A DNA stretch of 64,000 nt from NCBI GenBank assembly GCA_963667675.1, contig OY763929.1, forward strand, positions 2,030,358 to 2,094,357, given 5' to 3'. Origin of the DNA: Dehalococcoidia bacterium (lineage in GTDB: Bacteria; Chloroflexota; Dehalococcoidia; Lucifugimonadales; UBA3495). Position numbers and translations under genes: made by a program. The notes under the pieces are model-generated. The model had not been told where the DNA came from. It ran no database searches and worked only from the letters and a program-made list of their open reading frames with translations. The first letter of the stretch is position 1. Each line of letters starts with the position of its first letter. Of the stretch, positions 1 to 10,900 are shown piece after piece.

Positions 1-2
1 CG

Positions 3-2420
3 GTGGTGCTGCTTTCCGGCCCAACAGGCATCGGCAAGACCGAGTTGGCCTTGGGACTGGCCCGGTGGTTATCCCGCACCGGAGCGCGGCCCGGAGGTGT
101 CTTCTATTCCAGCTTCGACGTGGGAGCCGGAGTAGAGCGGGTGATTCACGAGGTCGGCACTTCCATTGCAGGCTTGGACTTTGCCGACATGCCGGCTCAA
201 CAGCAGCGCGACTGGGTCGTGGAATACCTTGGTAAACACCCGTCATTGCTTATATTGGACCGACTGGAAAACGTCGCCGGTTTTCCCGCGGCGGGGTCTG
301 GACTGCTGGACGAATCTGAGCAGGCAGAGTTAAACGACTTTCTTGGGGAGGTTGCACAAGGCGGCCAGACCTGGGTCCTGCTGGTTAGCAGACGGGAGCG
401 GGAAGAATGGCTCCGTACACCCTTCCTGGACTTCAGGCTTACCGGCCTGAACCAGCGCGACGCCCCGGAATTGGGCACCGAAATCCTGCGCCAGTCTGGG
501 GTCTTCGACTCGCTCCAGGGAGCCGGAATCGACAGCCGGTTGGGCTCGGACTATTTCAAGCTCCTGGAATTGCTGGGGGGGCACCCTCTTGCCATGCAGG
601 TCGCTTTGCCCTTTTTGAAAGAAGCTCCAGCGTCGATACTAGAGCAGGAAATCACCCGGAGAACCGCCGAATTGGACCCGGTGGACGGCGAAGAGGCTCG
701 GCCTCCATATCTGACCGCGGTCATGGACGCTGCCTTCTCCAGAATGCCCCGGCGCAGCAGGACTCACCTCCCCTTTCTGGCCCTCTTCCAAAGGCGAGTT
801 CTCCTGGACATCCTGACTCACATTACCCAGGAGCAGGCCTACCGCTCGGTATTGGGCGAGGAACTGGGTTGGGGCGCTTGCCGCACCCTGCTGCGCTCCG
901 CCCTGGCCTCCGGGTTTATGGAACGTGTGACCCCCAGCGTCTACCAGATACACCCAGCCTTTCCGTGGTTCTACGGGCGGCAACTCCACCGCCAAGTATC
1001 GGCAGCGGGCGTCCGCCGCCTGGAACAAGAGTTCCTCAGGGTCTACACCGATACCGCCGATTACTTTATGGAAAGTCTTTACGAGGACCAGGAGTCGGCC
1101 GCTACCGCCGTCCTGGCCGAAGAAGCCAACCTGTCCCAAGCCATCGGCTTGGCTCTGGAAGCCAAGGCGTGGGACCAAGTCCAGGTTCTCGTTCAGCCTT
1201 TGGCCCAGGTATACAAGATGCAAAAGCGCCGCCCGGAGTTGCAGCGATTGCGCCAAAAGTTGCTGGCCGAGGTCGCCCCTGAAACTGGCGGCGCGGACGA
1301 AGCCCAAGCCGCCGACGGAATCGACCTCTGGCTGTACCTGGTGGGCACCGAGGCCGGCGAAGCAGTCGAATTTGGCGAATTGGACTACGGGGAGGACTTG
1401 GGCAACCAACTCCTCGATCATCTATCGTCACAGCCTGACAGCGGCCGGGACCCGCGAGTTGCTGCCATAAACCACCAGCTAGGCGTCATCGCACAACGGC
1501 GGCGGCAACTGGAACAGGCCGAGGAGTGGTTCCTCAAGTCCCTCGCGATTATCGAGCACGGAGAGGACAAGGCGGCTGTCGCCGACGACTACCACAGCCT
1601 CGGGCAAGTCAAGCAACACCAGCGGCTCTATGCCGAGGCGCAGGAATGGTTCAAGAAGTCCCTGGATATTCACCAGGCGCTCCAAGACCCCGAGGAGACG
1701 GTGAACGACTATCGGGCGCTGGGCCGGGTATCCCAGTTCAAGTTGGAGTACGACGAGGCCGAAAGTTGGTACCAACAGGCCCGGGCCGTTGTAGAGGAAC
1801 ACAGGGACGAAGAGACCTCCATTTTGGTGTATCACGAGTTGGGTACCGTCTACCACGCCCGCTACCTCTTCGACCAAGCCGAGTCCTGGTTCCGTCAAGC
1901 CCTGTATCTCAGCGATCAGTTGGGCAAGCCCCGCCAAATGGCCGTGGAGTTTCACCACCTGGGGCGTCTGGCCCAGAACCGCGGCCTCTTGTACGAGGAC
2001 GCCGAAAATTGGTACCTGCTGGCCCTGGAGAAATTCGAGGAACTTGGCGACCGCAGAAGCGCCGGCGACCAGTGCCGCCAGTTGGGGGTCCTGTTTCACG
2101 AGCAGCAGAAACTCGATGAAGCCGAACGGTGGTACTTGCGGGCCAAGGATATGTTTGACGAGGCAGGAGATGTCCAGCGCATCGCCAGCACCTACGGACA
2201 GTTGGCCGTGCTGGCCGAAGACCGGGGCGACCTTACCGGCGCTCTCGAGTGGGCGGGCCGGACTTACAGCCTCGTAGTCGACCACGACCTTCCCTTGCTG
2301 TCCAACGTCAAGTCGCACTTGGCCCGCCTGCGGCGCAAATACGGCGTTGACGCCTTCGCTCAATGGTGGCGGGGGACCTTCGGAGGCGACCCGCCCGCCG
2401 ACCTGGATGTAGAAGACTAG
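3..2420 (+). CDS. STAND (NB-ARC-type) P-loop NTPase with C-terminal TPR repeat array; N-terminus cut by window edge
   Basis: ORF open to the window edge. Walker A GPTGIGKT, Walker B-like LLILDRLEN, NB-ARC-type GGHPLAM motif. These are followed by about 9-10 TPR-like ~40-aa repeats (..Y..LG.V.Q....Y.EAE.W...AL..). Confidence 0.75.
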   Translation: MVLLSGPTGIGKTELALGLARWLSRTGARPGGVFYSSFDVGAGVERVIHEVGTSIAGLDFADMPAQQQRDWVVEYLGKHPSLLILDRLENVAGFPAAGSGLLDESEQAELNDFLGEVAQGGQTWVLLVSRREREEWLRTPFLDFRLTGLNQRDAPELGTEILRQSGVFDSLQGAGIDSRLGSDYFKLLELLGGHPLAMQVALPFLKEAPASILEQEITRRTAELDPVDGEEARPPYLTAVMDAAFSRMPRRSRTHLPFLALFQRRVLLDILTHITQEQAYRSVLGEELGWGACRTLLRSALASGFMERVTPSVYQIHPAFPWFYGRQLHRQVSAAGVRRLEQEFLRVYTDTADYFMESLYEDQESAATAVLAEEANLSQAIGLALEAKAWDQVQVLVQPLAQVYKMQKRRPELQRLRQKLLAEVAPETGGADEAQAADGIDLWLYLVGTEAGEAVEFGELDYGEDLGNQLLDHLSSQPDSGRDPRVAAINHQLGVIAQRRRQLEQAEEWFLKSLAIIEHGEDKAAVADDYHSLGQVKQHQRLYAEAQEWFKKSLDIHQALQDPEETVNDYRALGRVSQFKLEYDEAESWYQQARAVVEEHRDEETSILVYHELGTVYHARYLFDQAESWFRQALYLSDQLGKPRQMAVEFHHLGRLAQNRGLLYEDAENWYLLALEKFEELGDRRSAGDQCRQLGVLFHEQQKLDEAERWYLRAKDMFDEAGDVQRIASTYGQLAVLAEDRGDLTGALEWAGRTYSLVVDHDLPLLSNVKSHLARLRRKYGVDAFAQWWRGTFGGDPPADLDVED

Positions 2421-2547
2421 GCCACACCCACTTATCTGCCTGCACTCGCTGCAACTTGCGCCGTGCGCCCTTCCGGGTTACATTGAAAATGTAGCCGGTT
2501 ATCGTTTCATGAGCCGTCCCCAAGCTGCGTCTCAAGGAGTAGACACC

Positions 2548-3393
2548 ATGGCCGTTGGAATCTCCGCTCCCCTGCCTGCTTACACTATGGACCCGGCGTT
2601 TATGGCCAGGAAAGCCGAAGAATTGAGCTTCGACTCGATATGGTTCGCCGAACACCCTATTCTCCCGGTACACTCCGACACCCCCTTCCCCAGGGGCGAC
2701 GGGCGCATCCCGGAAACCTACCGCCACTTCACCGACCCGTACATCGCCCTGGCCAGGGCTTCAGCGGTCACCACCAAGATTAAGCTGGGTACCGGAATTA
2801 CCTTGGTTCCCGAGCGCAACCCCTTGGTGCTGGCCAAGCAGATCGCCGCCTTGGACCACTACAGCGGCGGCAGATTCCTGTTCGGCATCGGCGCAGGGTG
2901 GAACCGGGAGGAGACCACCATGATGGGCGGCGATTTCGAGCACCGCTGGACCCAGACCCGGGAAGCCATCCTGGCCATGAAGGAGCTCTGGACCAAGGAT
3001 GAAGCCGAGTTTCACGGCCGCTACTTCGATTTCCCGCCCGTCTATTGCTACCCAAAACCGGCCCAAAAGCCGCACCCTCCCGTCATCCTCGGCGGTCACG
3101 CTCCCAACGTGCTGCAACGCATCATCCGGTGGGGCGACGGCTGGCTTCCCAACCGGGCCAACCCGCCTATGGTCGAAGACAGCCGCAAGCAACTAGACGC
3201 CCTGGCCGCAGAACGGGGCCGCGACCCTTCCTCTATCTCTATATCCGTATCCGGCCAGCCTCCCGACCGGGCCGTGATTCAGTCCTTTCTGGACGCCGGC
3301 GCAGACCGGGTCTTGGTGTATCCCGAACACTGCGACACCGACGCTGAGTTGGGCGAGCAGATGGAGCGGATTGCGGAGAAGGTATTCCGTTAA
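2548..3393 (+). CDS. LLM-class (luciferase-like) F420/flavin-dependent oxidoreductase
   Basis: Family-typical N-terminus (ELSFDSIWFAEHP) and GIGAGWNREE motif. Start moved to the ATG at 2548, preceded by AAGGAG 8 nt upstream. Confidence 0.8.
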   Translation: MAVGISAPLPAYTMDPAFMARKAEELSFDSIWFAEHPILPVHSDTPFPRGDGRIPETYRHFTDPYIALARASAVTTKIKLGTGITLVPERNPLVLAKQIAALDHYSGGRFLFGIGAGWNREETTMMGGDFEHRWTQTREAILAMKELWTKDEAEFHGRYFDFPPVYCYPKPAQKPHPPVILGGHAPNVLQRIIRWGDGWLPNRANPPMVEDSRKQLDALAAERGRDPSSISISVSGQPPDRAVIQSFLDAGADRVLVYPEHCDTDAELGEQMERIAEKVFR

Positions 3394-3477
3394 GCCCGCG
3401 TTTCCCGGCGGCCGGTTGCCGAGGCATGCAGAACAGCCGCCAGCGTCCAGCCGGGGTGGGCGCGAGCAGGACCCAAC

Positions 3478-4836
3478 ATGGACGACACAACTAAGCTAAT
3501 ATGCTCCTACGCCATCGGGCTGAAGTTCGATGACCTTGGCCCTGAGACGGTGCACCAGGCCAAGCGGACTGTCATAGATACCCTGGGCTGCGCTATGGGA
3601 GGGTTTTCCTCCCGGCCGGCGCAGATCTCCCGTGACTTGGCTCTCAGGGTGGCAAGTTCGACCCCCTCAAGAGTGCTTGGCACAGCCAGCTACAGCTCTC
3701 CCGACATGGCCGCCTTCGCCAACGGCGTTATGTTACGTTACCTGGACTGCAACGATTGCTACTTCTCGCCGGGAGGGGGTCATCCCAGCGACATGATTCC
3801 CGCCGCCATGGCCCCGGCTGGACCGTCCGGCTGTGACGGCCAAACATTCATCACCAGTGTCGTACTGGCCTATGAAGTCTTCTGCCGGCTCTCCGACAAG
3901 GTGGTTGCCTCCGGCCTGGGTTGGGACCAGGGAATGTTCGGCGTCATCGGGGCCGCCTGCGCCTCCGGCAAAGCGCTTGGGCTGGACCGGGAGCAAATGG
4001 CCCACGCAGTGTCCCTCGCCCTTGTTCCCAACCTTCCCCTGGGCGTCACCCGCACGGGGGAACTGTCCATGTGGAAGGGATGCGCCGGCGCCAACGCCGC
4101 CAGGGCCGGGGTATTTGCCGCCCAGTTGGCTGCGGAAGGCATGACCGGGCCTCCGGAGCCTTTCGAGGGCCGGAGGGGACTGTGGGCCCAGGCAGTCGGC
4201 AGTCCGGTGCAGGTTGACGGCCTGGCTCAGCCTGGACAATCGTTCGCAATTTGTGAGACGACGTTCAAGTCGTACCCCTCTCAGATTCATACCCAGGGTC
4301 CCATCGCCCTCGCCCTGGAGCTGAGGCCACAAGTGGCTGTCGATGACATCGAGTCGATCATGGTCCACGCTTACCGGGCCGCCGCCGACAACCGGGTCTC
4401 CAACCCGGAAAAGTGGGCGCCCAAGACCCGGGAAACGGCCGACCACAGCATCCCCTACCTGATAGCAGTGGCCTTGCAAGACGGCGCAGTGGCCGCCGAC
4501 AGCTTCTCCGGCCAACGGCTGCAAGACCCCTCCCTGGCGGCCTTGGTGGGCAAGATAGACGTACAGGAAGACGAAGAGTACACCCGGAGGTACCCGGCGG
4601 AGTTGAACTGCCGAATCGACGTGGCCGCCAAGTCGGGGGGCATCTACTCCGCCAGCGCTCCGTACCCCAAGGGCCACCGTGCGAACCCGATGACCGATGC
4701 CGAGGTCGAGGCCAAGTTCCGCAGTCTCGCCTCAGAGACGCTGAGCGACTCCCAGTGCGACCGGGCGTTGGACATCGCCTGGGCCCTGGACAGGCAACCA
4801 GACCTGTCCGCTCTCTTCGACGCTTTGGTCGTCTAA
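3478..4836 (+). CDS. MmgE/PrpD family protein (2-methylcitrate dehydratase-like)
   Basis: 452-aa ORF. N-terminus (YAIGLKFDDLGPETVHQAKRTVIDTLGCAMGG) and overall length are typical of MmgE/PrpD. Confidence 0.8.
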   Translation: MDDTTKLICSYAIGLKFDDLGPETVHQAKRTVIDTLGCAMGGFSSRPAQISRDLALRVASSTPSRVLGTASYSSPDMAAFANGVMLRYLDCNDCYFSPGGGHPSDMIPAAMAPAGPSGCDGQTFITSVVLAYEVFCRLSDKVVASGLGWDQGMFGVIGAACASGKALGLDREQMAHAVSLALVPNLPLGVTRTGELSMWKGCAGANAARAGVFAAQLAAEGMTGPPEPFEGRRGLWAQAVGSPVQVDGLAQPGQSFAICETTFKSYPSQIHTQGPIALALELRPQVAVDDIESIMVHAYRAAADNRVSNPEKWAPKTRETADHSIPYLIAVALQDGAVAADSFSGQRLQDPSLAALVGKIDVQEDEEYTRRYPAELNCRIDVAAKSGGIYSASAPYPKGHRANPMTDAEVEAKFRSLASETLSDSQCDRALDIAWALDRQPDLSALFDALVV

Positions 4837-4862
4837 GGTCATAAGGCGGCGCACACCGCGGT

Positions 4863-6371
4863 CTACTCCGGCTTCGGGAAGGGCCACCACTGGGGGTAGT
4901 CCCTGAGGCGCAGGTGGCGGAACAGCCCCGGATGCACGTCTACGGCCAGCTTCATGGCGTCAAGCACTGGGGCCCTGACGGCGAAGTGGGCCAGGTCCGA
5001 CGTCCGCAGCTTGAACAGGTGGTAGCACTCCCGCAGGTTCATCTTGCACAGCAGCCGGCGGTAGTGGGCGTGGGTCACCAGGTACTGGGCGGTCCAGGGC
5101 AAGCGGCCGTGCACCGCCCGGAAGGCCGAGTCTGAGACCTCCACAGCCTGTTGGAACTCGTCTTTCAGCCCTGCTTCCACCTGCAGGTCGGGGACCTGGT
5201 AGCCAAGGTCTACGGTCAACGGCTGGGGCAGGTGGGACATCATCCTGTGCCGCTTCAGTTCCCGGTACGCGCCGTAGTCGAGCACGAACTCGAAGGTGTA
5301 GTCCACAAGCTCGCACTCGCGGGCCGGCGCGTCGTGGTCGCCAAGGCCGGCGAAACTCCGGTCGATAATCTCAAGCCTGGCTTCGGGAGTCATTAGCTCG
5401 ACCTGCCGCTGCACCCGGTCGAAAGGCTCGTCCGAGTAGCGGTACAGGAGGGCCGCCGCCAGCTTCTCCTCGGCTCGGCGGTCCCACTCCACCAATTTCA
5501 CCTGCCAGGTCGCGCCGCCCGGCCCCGCGTCTTCGGATGTTCCCGTATCCGGCGCGCCGTCGGCGGCGTCGGAAAGGTGACTGCCGGTCATCTCCCGCTG
5601 GACGCCGGGCATTCCGGCCAGGTAGGGGTTCAGGTCGGCGTACTTGATTAGCGTGGGGGCGATGTTCCGGCCTTGGCGACGGATTTCCAGGCCCAACTCC
5701 CGCTCCTCGTCCAACTCAGAGGACATGAGCTTGGAGACGGCGTGCTCCAGCACCCTGGCGTTGGCAGTGACCCCCACGTTGGTAAGGGTGGAGGCGGGCA
5801 GCAGGGCGCGGCAGCTATCGGTGGCGATGCGCCGCAGCCGCAGGTTGTAGGCCGAGTCTCTCTCGCGCTCCCGTTGGGGATGGACCCGGCGCAAGTGGTC
5901 GATAGACCGGTCGATGATCTCCCGGTAGGCCGCGAAAAGCCCGCGGCAGGCCTCGTTGTAACGCTCGGCCAACTCCGGCTCGGCATCCAGTTCCCGGGGG
6001 AAGTAGAAGTCGCCGGGGGGAATAACCTGGTAGCGGGAAGACTTCTCGGTGTAGGACGCCAGCCGGTTGTCTTCCAGCCCGTCACAGGCCAGGCGGGAGA
6101 CGTTCTCCACTGCCAGGTGCACCACGGCGTGCTCGGCGACTGAGGCGTGGCCGTAGCCCAGCACCCACCTCTCGTGGAAGTCGGCGGCCTTTTCCTCGCT
6201 CACCTGCCGGGCAATCTCGTCGAAGGGCTCAGGACGGCGGGAGGTCATGGCGAAGGCCACGGCTATCTGCTCTTCGGTCAGGTCCCGGGCGTCCAACGGA
6301 TAGACGCGGCGCGTGGCGGCGGTTGGGTCGCCTTGTGTCTCAGCCTTGGTCATCCGGCCGGGCCTCTCCAT
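4863..6371 (-). CDS. thyX: FAD-dependent thymidylate synthase ThyX, double-length form
   Basis: 502 aa. ThyX signature RHRMMS sits in the C-terminal half and an SSRYQ element in the N-terminal half. Length is about twice that of canonical ThyX. Confidence 0.7.
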   Translation of the reverse strand: MERPGRMTKAETQGDPTAATRRVYPLDARDLTEEQIAVAFAMTSRRPEPFDEIARQVSEEKAADFHERWVLGYGHASVAEHAVVHLAVENVSRLACDGLEDNRLASYTEKSSRYQVIPPGDFYFPRELDAEPELAERYNEACRGLFAAYREIIDRSIDHLRRVHPQRERERDSAYNLRLRRIATDSCRALLPASTLTNVGVTANARVLEHAVSKLMSSELDEERELGLEIRRQGRNIAPTLIKYADLNPYLAGMPGVQREMTGSHLSDAADGAPDTGTSEDAGPGGATWQVKLVEWDRRAEEKLAAALLYRYSDEPFDRVQRQVELMTPEARLEIIDRSFAGLGDHDAPARECELVDYTFEFVLDYGAYRELKRHRMMSHLPQPLTVDLGYQVPDLQVEAGLKDEFQQAVEVSDSAFRAVHGRLPWTAQYLVTHAHYRRLLCKMNLRECYHLFKLRTSDLAHFAVRAPVLDAMKLAVDVHPGLFRHLRLRDYPQWWPFPKPE

Positions 6372-6889
6372 GGCGCCGGCATATCAACCTGTATCACCAT
6401 TACAAGCCTGTTTCCCAGGGTCTTGCCTCCAGAGAGGTCCCGGAGACGCTTTCGAAGGCGGAAATTTTTACCACCGTCCCACTGAGTCCCATTCCGTTCC
6501 ATTTTTGCGCCCCGGGCCGGTCGGAGGGCAAGGCGGGGGAAATTTCAGTTGCCCCACCATTTCCGCTCATTTTCGCCCATTCCGGGAACGCCGCCGGTTG
6601 GCGGCAGGCCCCGATGGATATTATAGGGGCCAGGGAACCGGCCTGGCGCTAGACTCACGCTTCCGCGAGAGTGACGAGCATGTTCGGCGCCAGCGCAGCT
6701 TTGCCGGCGGACCACCGACGCCCCTGACAGCCCAGTGCAATCCTGCCACTCTCTTATAGTAGAGCGGCATCGCCGGGTTGGAAAGGGGGGAAATGTCAGT
6801 AATTTGGGGCGGGGCGTCTGAACTGTGATTCGTGGGATTCATGGGATGGACAGGATGGGGACGGTTTCACTGGCAGCCGGTTCGTCCGT

Positions 6890-7310
6890 TCGAATGGTTC
6901 GACAAGCCCTTCGACTCCCTCAGGAAGGGCTCACCACGAACGGGATTGTGAAGGGCTCACCACGAACGAGCTTTACTTCTTCCGTTCACCCTGAGCTTGT
7001 CGAAGGGCTCGCCCCCAACCCGTTATTGCGGCCTCCGAGTCGGTATCCAGAGATGCGCGGGGCTGGATACCGGCTTTCGCCGGTATGACGGGTTGGGCGC
7101 ATCGTCCCAGGGCGCCCACCAGGGGCGCCCCTACACCCGGTTGACGGTCCGTTCGCGGCGACCCCCTCAACCCGTTCACCCTGAGCTTGTCGAAGGGGTC
7201 GCCGCGAAAGGGGCATCCCCCCTAACCCCCCTTGCGTTTCACGAAGGGGGGGACATCCCCCACAACCACGTAGGGGCGGGTTTGAAACCCGCCCCTACCG
7301 GATGGATGTC
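6890..7310. repeat. Mosaic cluster A of short palindromic intergenic repeat units (REP/MITE-like)
   Basis: Contains gttcaccctgagcttgtcgaaggg twice and the ~108-nt composite unit (about 7029..7134, inverted relative to clusters B-D). Also contains the perfect hairpin gtaggggcggg-tttgaaa-cccgcccctac. ORFs predicted here translate the repeats. Confidence 0.85.
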
Positions 7311-7339
7311 TGATTCACGGCCCGCGCGGGCCTTTGGCG

Positions 7340-7570
7340 CTAGAGTTGCGTGAAGAGGGCGATTAAGCCGCCGACCGTGGTCACCCAAGCGCCTCCGATG
7401 AGCACCAGCATGGTGTTGCGGAAGGAGTTTATGTCCTCGCGGAGGGCGTCCTGGCCCCGGGCAAGCTCATTCAGCCGCTCATTCATGTCGCCGAGGCGTT
7501 CGTTGACCTGCTCGTAGGCGCCTTCTAGGCGGCTGAGGCGTTCTTCCGTTGAGGGTGTCTGGGTAGTCAT
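7340..7570 (-). CDS. Small coiled-coil protein with C-terminal transmembrane helix (hypothetical)
   Basis: 76 aa with GGAG 7 nt upstream of the ATG. A heptad-like region (RLSRLEGAYEQVNERLGDMNERLNEL) is followed by the hydrophobic tail LVLIGGAWVTTVGGLIALF. Confidence 0.55.
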   Translation of the reverse strand: MTTQTPSTEERLSRLEGAYEQVNERLGDMNERLNELARGQDALREDINSFRNTMLVLIGGAWVTTVGGLIALFTQL

Positions 7571-7599
7571 CGGATCACTCCACTGGATTGTACCACGCC

Positions 7600-7895
7600 G
7601 ACGTCACGCCCACAATTTGCCCCCTCCTCCCCCACAACCACGTAGGGGCGCCCCTGGTGGGCGCCCTGGGGCAATGCGCCCAAACCCGTCATACCGGCGA
7701 AAGCCGGTATCCAGCCCCGCGCATCTCTGGATTGCGGCTCGGAGGCCGGCCCTTCGACGGCGCTCAGGGCGAACGGAAGGGGCTAAGACTTCTGGATTCC
7801 GGCTTCCGCCGCAGACGGGCATCCCCCTAACCCCCTTGCGCTCCGCGAAGGGGGGAAGAAACCATGTAGGGGCGGTTCGCGAACCGCCCCTACGG
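7600..7895. repeat. Mosaic repeat cluster B
   Basis: Composite unit at 7642..7750 is nearly identical to 12647..12754. Perfect 28-nt palindrome gtaggggcggttcgcgaaccgcccctac lies at 7866..7893, 12 nt beyond the stop of the 1504-aa gene. Confidence 0.85.
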
Positions 7896-7904
7896 GATGC
7901 GCGG

Positions 7905-10900
7905 TCAGCTTGTGTTCGTCGTGAACGCCGCCGCCGTGGCCAGCAGGTTGCCGGATGAACACCCGCTATCGCTGTACGCCGTGTAGTTGTAAGTCGCGCC
8001 CGCCGCCAGCCCCGTGAGCGTCTCGGTGGCCGCGTGGACCGGGCCCTGGCACGTCGCGTGCGGCCCCGCGTCGGCCTTGTAGTACCACGTCCCCGGGTGG
8101 TTGGCGATGGCCAGCGCCGCTCCGGTCTGCGTCACGCCGGACGCGGTGAGCGACGGCGTCCCGGGCGGTCCGCCCAGCAGGGCGGCCGCCGTCACCTTCG
8201 AGTAGTGGCACCCGCTGGCCGAGTAGGCGGTGAAGACGTAGTAGGCCCCGTAGCCGCTCAGCGACGGGAGGCTGTCGATGTCGGTCTGGAGCGCCCCGCC
8301 GGTCACCGGCCCCAGGCAGCCGTCCGCGCCGTGCAGGACGATGTTGCCGGAGTGGGGCACGACGACGTTGGCGCGGTAGCGCCAGTCGGGGTCGTTCGCG
8401 CCCCAGTTGCCCAGGGTGAGCCGCGCCCCGCCTCCGCTTAGCTTGTTCGCGCTGAGCGTGGGCCGCATGGTGTCGGCGTCCACGCTGCCCATCGCGCGGG
8501 CGACGGAGCAGTCGGCGTCGCTGTAGGCCGTGAACGTGTAGGACTTGGACGAGTTCCCGTTGCCGGGTACGAGGCCGCGGACGACGACGGACGAGCCGCC
8601 GCTCTTCGAGACGCCGCCGTAGTGGCAGTTGCTCGCGAAGGGCTGGCCGCTGGTATATGACGGGTTCATGGCGGTCTCGGCGTACCACCACGGCTGGCCG
8701 TGATGCCCCCCGTTCAGCGTGATTGTCGCCGTCGTCGCGCCCGGCTCCGACGCCGCCATGCTCACCGTGGTGAACGTAATTCCCGGCGCATTGGTCGAAC
8801 GCAGGGAGTTCTGGGCGGCGCAGTTGCTGTTCCGGTACGCCCAGTAGGCGTACTGCGTGTTGGGCTGGAGTCCCGTCAGCGTGACCGTCGTGTCGCCGGC
8901 GTCCTTCTTGTGGCAGGTGTTGTCGCCGGACGGCTGGGTGCGCCGGTAGTACCACTCGCGCTGCGTCCAGCCTCCCAGCTCCAGCGTTGCGCTGTTGGCC
9001 GAGACGTGCGTGGCCGTCAGCGTCGCGTACGGCCCGATGAACTCGGCGTACCCGAGGTGGGGGCTGTCGTTGCAGCTCGACGTGCTGTGCATTTCGAACG
9101 TGAATTGTGAGAGCGGCCACAGGCGGATGTTGTTCGCGCTGCCCGTGTAGGGTTCGCAGCCGGCCAGGGTTGTGCCCTTCAGATAGTAGGTGGTCGCGCT
9201 CGGCCAGTGCGCGGGATTGGGGGTGAGCGTCACGCTCCCCGCGGTGAGATTGCTGACGTCCAGGTCCACCCGCAACGTGGTGAAGGTGATGCTGGCGGCC
9301 TCGTTCGCGCAGTTGGCGTCGCTGTACGCCCGGTAGGTGTATTCCGTGAGCGGCGTGAGGCCGCCGACGTGGGCGTCGTGATGCACGTTCAGGCGCGCCG
9401 AGCAGGCCGCCGCGTGCGGGCCGGTGTCCGCCTTGTAATGCCAGTTGTAAGTAATCTGCGAGATGTTGAAATCCAGGACGGCCGAGGTTGCGTGGAGGCG
9501 ATCCACGGTGAGCGTGCCGGACTGGGCGGCCCCGCCGGACTGGGCAGTGACGGAGGACGATGACCCCTGCCCCGACGTATTCACCGTGGCCGCCACCTTC
9601 ATCTTGACCGCTGCCGTCATGTCGAACCAGTTTCCGTAGAGCCCATCCCTGCCCTTGTCGGCGATCGACCAGCCGTTGTTGGACGGCTGCTTCGTCTCCG
9701 CTGCGGCCGTCAGGTCCACCTGGTAGTAGCTGGTGCCGGTCGAGTTGGGGGCTTTCATCAGCACGAAGTAGGTCGTGCTGGCCGACAGGTCGCAGCCGCT
9801 GCCGGAGCAGGTGTACGTGTAGACGCCGGCCGACGACGGGCTGCTGGCGCCGCTCAGCGTGGCCAGCGTCGTCGTCGTGTTCGGATTCGACCCCGACGCC
9901 GCGTGCAGCGTCACCACCAGGTCGGTCGGGCTCCCAATCTTATTGTCGAACCGGATGTCGATGCTCGACAGCGTGTAGCCGCCCGTGTTCGAGCCGGTGG
10001 TGAAGGCCTGCGCGCCCTGTTGCTGCGTGGAATTGTAATTGCCCACTTGGTAGCTCTGGAACAGAGCCCCGTCCAGCGTGCTGACCGATACGCCAGACGT
10101 GGTGAAGGCGCTGGCTGTTGCCAGCAGATTGGCTGTAGTACAGCCGCTATCGCTGTACGCGGAATAGGTGTACGACGTGCCCGGCGTCAGGCCGGTCAGC
10201 GTCTTCGTGCTGGTGTTGGCCGCCACTGGGCCCTGGCAGGTGGTATGCGGCCCCGTGGTCGCCTTGTAATACCACGTCCCGGTGTGGTGCGCCATCGTCA
10301 GCGTCGCGCCGGTTGAGGTGATGCTGGACGCGGTGAGGGAGGGGTTGAACTCGAAGTCGGCGCGGAAGATGTGCCAGTCGCTCCAGGAATTCCAGCTCTG
10401 TCCGGAATTTTTGAAGTGGCTGTATCCGATGTTCCAGCCGTTGTCGGATGGATGATTGGTCTCGATGAGGGCATCGGCTGCGTAGCGCCATTCGTATTGG
10501 CTGTTGCCCGAGTAACTCGCCACCACAAAGTAGGTGGCGCCGGGGTCGAGTTCGCAGCCCGAGCCGGAACAGGTAAAGATGGTGTCGGTGAACGAAGTGG
10601 AGGTCGGGGCTGTCCCGGTGAGCGTTGCCTTCGTTGTCGAGGACGGGTAGCTGGTGTTGTTATCGTACGGGCTTGACCCGTCCATACTGTGGAGCGTAAT
10701 CGCCAGGTTGCTGGGCGTGGGACTACCGCTCTTCCTCATAGAGATGGTGACGCTCGTGAGGGTGTAGCCGCCGGCGTTGGAGCCGGTGGTGAAGGCGACC
10801 CCCTGTTTCGTGGCGGAGTTGATGGCCGAACCGGTGAGCGAGACGGTTTGGAGGTTGGTGACGTGCGGCGGCGGGAGGGTAGTGAAGGACGCGGCGGTGG

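Noticed and set aside
6313-7830. Numerous ORFs in the track inside repeat clusters, e.g. 6986..7216, 6997..7353 and 7588..7830. Also 12636..13145, 14212..14571 and 14243..14605 in clusters C and D.
   Set aside because: They are translations of palindromic repeats on both strands (recurring VGAPLVGAL, PELVEG and IPACAGMTG strings). They overlap each other and lack ribosome-binding sites, so they are not credible genes.
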